The position numbers and the translations under genes were made by a program. From the NCBI GenBank assembly GCA_963847185.1, contig CAWJYV010000008.1, forward strand, positions 576,001-640,000: DNA of 64,000 bases, written 5' to 3'. Of this stretch, positions 62,261 to 64,000 are shown piece by piece (positions within the stretch are counted from its first letter, which is position 1; the number at the start of each line of letters is the position of its first letter). Under the pieces are notes generated by a model that was not told the DNA's origin, did no database searches, and saw only the letters and a program-made list of their open reading frames with translations. The DNA is from an uncultured Methanosarcinaceae archaeon. Its GTDB lineage: Archaea; Halobacteriota; Methanosarcinia; Methanosarcinales; Methanosarcinaceae.

Positions 62261-63256
62261 ATGCTTAAATTAGGCTACAAAATCGCACCTGAACAATTTC
62301 CGCCTTTGGAAATGCTGGAACAGGTAATTGCAGCTGAAAAAAATGGATTTGAAAGTATTGATGCCAGTGACCATTTTCATCCCTGGAGTGAAGAAGGACA
62401 GGCATGTTTTATCTGGAGCTGGCTTGGAGCCGCAGCTGCAAGGACAAAGACTATTGAACTGGGCACAGGTGTAACATGCCCTATCCTGCGTTATAATCCG
62501 GCTGTCATTGCTCAGGCAGCAGCAACTGTTTCTTCTCTTGCTGAAGGGAGAACCTATCTTGGAGTTGGGACTGGAGAGGCACTTAACGAATATTCGATAA
62601 CTTACGAATGGCCGACTTTTATAGAGCGTCAGGCAAGAATGATAGAAGCTATACAGCTTATCCGTAATTTATGGACAGGAGAAAAAACAGATTTTGAAGG
62701 GTGTTATTACCCTACAAGGCAGGCTAAACTGTATACCTTACCTAAAAATGATATTCCGATATACATCTCTTCACTTGTACCTGAAAGTGCCTACCTTGCC
62801 GGATATTATGGAGATGGGCTTATAACCGTAGGAGGTCTTGAGATGCAGGAATATGAACAAATGCTTTCCGAGACCAGAAGAGGAGCTATCGATGCGGGCA
62901 GAGACTTTGAGAGGATGCCAAAAGCCATAGAACTTAAGGTAGAATACACCGATAATCCCGAAAAGGCTATTGAGAGCTTCAAAAAGTACTGGGCAGGAGC
63001 CACAGTACATGCCCTTTTCCTGAACAAAATATATACTCCAGCAATGTCTGCGCAGAACGGTCGGATAGTAGGCAAAGATGTTATTCAGAAAATGATCTGT
63101 ATTTCGGACGACCCGCAGAAACATATTGATTTTGTAAAACCATACATTGATGCAGGTTTTACGCATATATACTTCCATTCGACAATTCCGGATCAAGTCT
63201 CCTTTTTGGAAGCATATGGAAAAGATGTCCTACCTGCCTTAAGGAAAATGGGATAA
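62261..63256 (+). CDS. F420-dependent LLM oxidoreductase (G6PDH-like family)
   Basis: EQFPP, SDHFHPW, GTGVTCP, GVGTGEALNE. Confidence 0.88.
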   Translation: MLKLGYKIAPEQFPPLEMLEQVIAAEKNGFESIDASDHFHPWSEEGQACFIWSWLGAAAARTKTIELGTGVTCPILRYNPAVIAQAAATVSSLAEGRTYLGVGTGEALNEYSITYEWPTFIERQARMIEAIQLIRNLWTGEKTDFEGCYYPTRQAKLYTLPKNDIPIYISSLVPESAYLAGYYGDGLITVGGLEMQEYEQMLSETRRGAIDAGRDFERMPKAIELKVEYTDNPEKAIESFKKYWAGATVHALFLNKIYTPAMSAQNGRIVGKDVIQKMICISDDPQKHIDFVKPYIDAGFTHIYFHSTIPDQVSFLEAYGKDVLPALRKMG

Positions 63257-63338
63257 ATACTCAATTATTTATTTTTAATGTTTATTTTTAACTGCTCGTA
63301 ACTTGTTTCATATTTCATGAGTATTTTCAATTAATATC

Positions 63339-64000
63339 TCAAAGTCTCATGATCGAAGACATATTGGTAAGAGGGTCTTTTTCTACCTGGAAGATATGAT
63401 CTGCCGAATCGATAAGGGATTCGTCGTGAGAAACCACGATAATCTGGCCTACTCCTATACTGCGCATCATATCTATGAGTTTCAAAAGCTGCCTTATATG
63501 CCCGCGGTCCAGAAAAACCGTTGGCTCGTCAAGAATCATTGGGGGAAGCCCATCCCCTCGACTTCCGCCAAAACCAAGCGCAAGGAGCCTGTAAATAGCA
63601 CAGCGCAGGACCAGGTTAAAAATAGCACGTTCTCCACCACTGAGGAGTTTTGGTTCAAGAGGGGTTCCATCCTTTCTATAAACCGTAAGGTTGTACTCAG
63701 GGTCAAGTTCTATGTGGGAATAGGCGTTGTTTGCATACATGAAGCCAAACATCTCATTTAAAAGGGCTGAAAGAGCCCCTATATTCCTTGCCCTCATGTC
63801 AGCCCTGACTCGCATATAGGTGTTTTCAAGCTCTTCTGTATTGCTGTATACAGCTTCGAGATACAGCCTCCTGTTTTCGAGAGCCCTGAGTTCATCTTTA
63901 AGTTCCCTGAGGCGGTTTAATCTGTTTTCAACCATACCGATTTCTTTTAAAAGCGTGTCTTTCTCAGCAGTCGCTTGCCGGATTTTTTCTGTTATGTTTG
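63339..64000 (-). CDS. rad50: Rad50/SbcC ATPase, C-terminal part (5' end beyond window)
   Basis: LSGGE, ILDEPT.FLD, VSH; frame open to the window edge. Confidence 0.85.
   Translation of the reverse strand, partial: NITEKIRQATAEKDTLLKEIGMVENRLNRLRELKDELRALENRRLYLEAVYSNTEELENTYMRVRADMRARNIGALSALLNEMFGFMYANNAYSHIELDPEYNLTVYRKDGTPLEPKLLSGGERAIFNLVLRCAIYRLLALGFGGSRGDGLPPMILDEPTVFLDRGHIRQLLKLIDMMRSIGVGQIIVVSHDESLIDSADHIFQVEKDPLTNMSSIMRL

Noticed and set aside
940-63761. Numerous antisense or overlapping ORFs in the six-frame track
   Set aside because: Shadows of well-supported genes, without motifs or RBS

Overview
Archaeal window, most likely Methanosarcina or a close relative (full cfb F430 cluster, methanogenesis marker 2, archaeal AglB and EndA, PocR/PAS HisKA_2 kinase). 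It is mostly core genes: DEAD-box helicase, queC-DUF366-queE-queD, stand-alone nifB, cfbAEDCB, endA, hflX, nnr, moaC, prs and the 3' end of rad50. Two accessory blocks stand out. (1) A surface-glycan locus (40.4-54.6 kb) beside aglB holds bacterial-style Wzm/Wzt, a coiled-coil methyltransferase, a double GT4 and two tandem gmd paralogues; one has altered catalytic residues and may be a reductase. (2) A metal-handling block (FmdE, DUF4405, NifX-like, DUF134, BtuCDF-type ABC transporter, nikR remnant) abuts cfbA. Non-coding signals include a 133-bp MITE with TIRs and a 10-bp TSD, two perfect tandem repeats and a candidate stand-alone sRNA. There is also an unannotated 46-aa Cys4 micro-protein, and hflX lacks a canonical start codon. 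No tRNA, rRNA or CRISPR array was recognised. All family calls come from motif recognition, not database searches.
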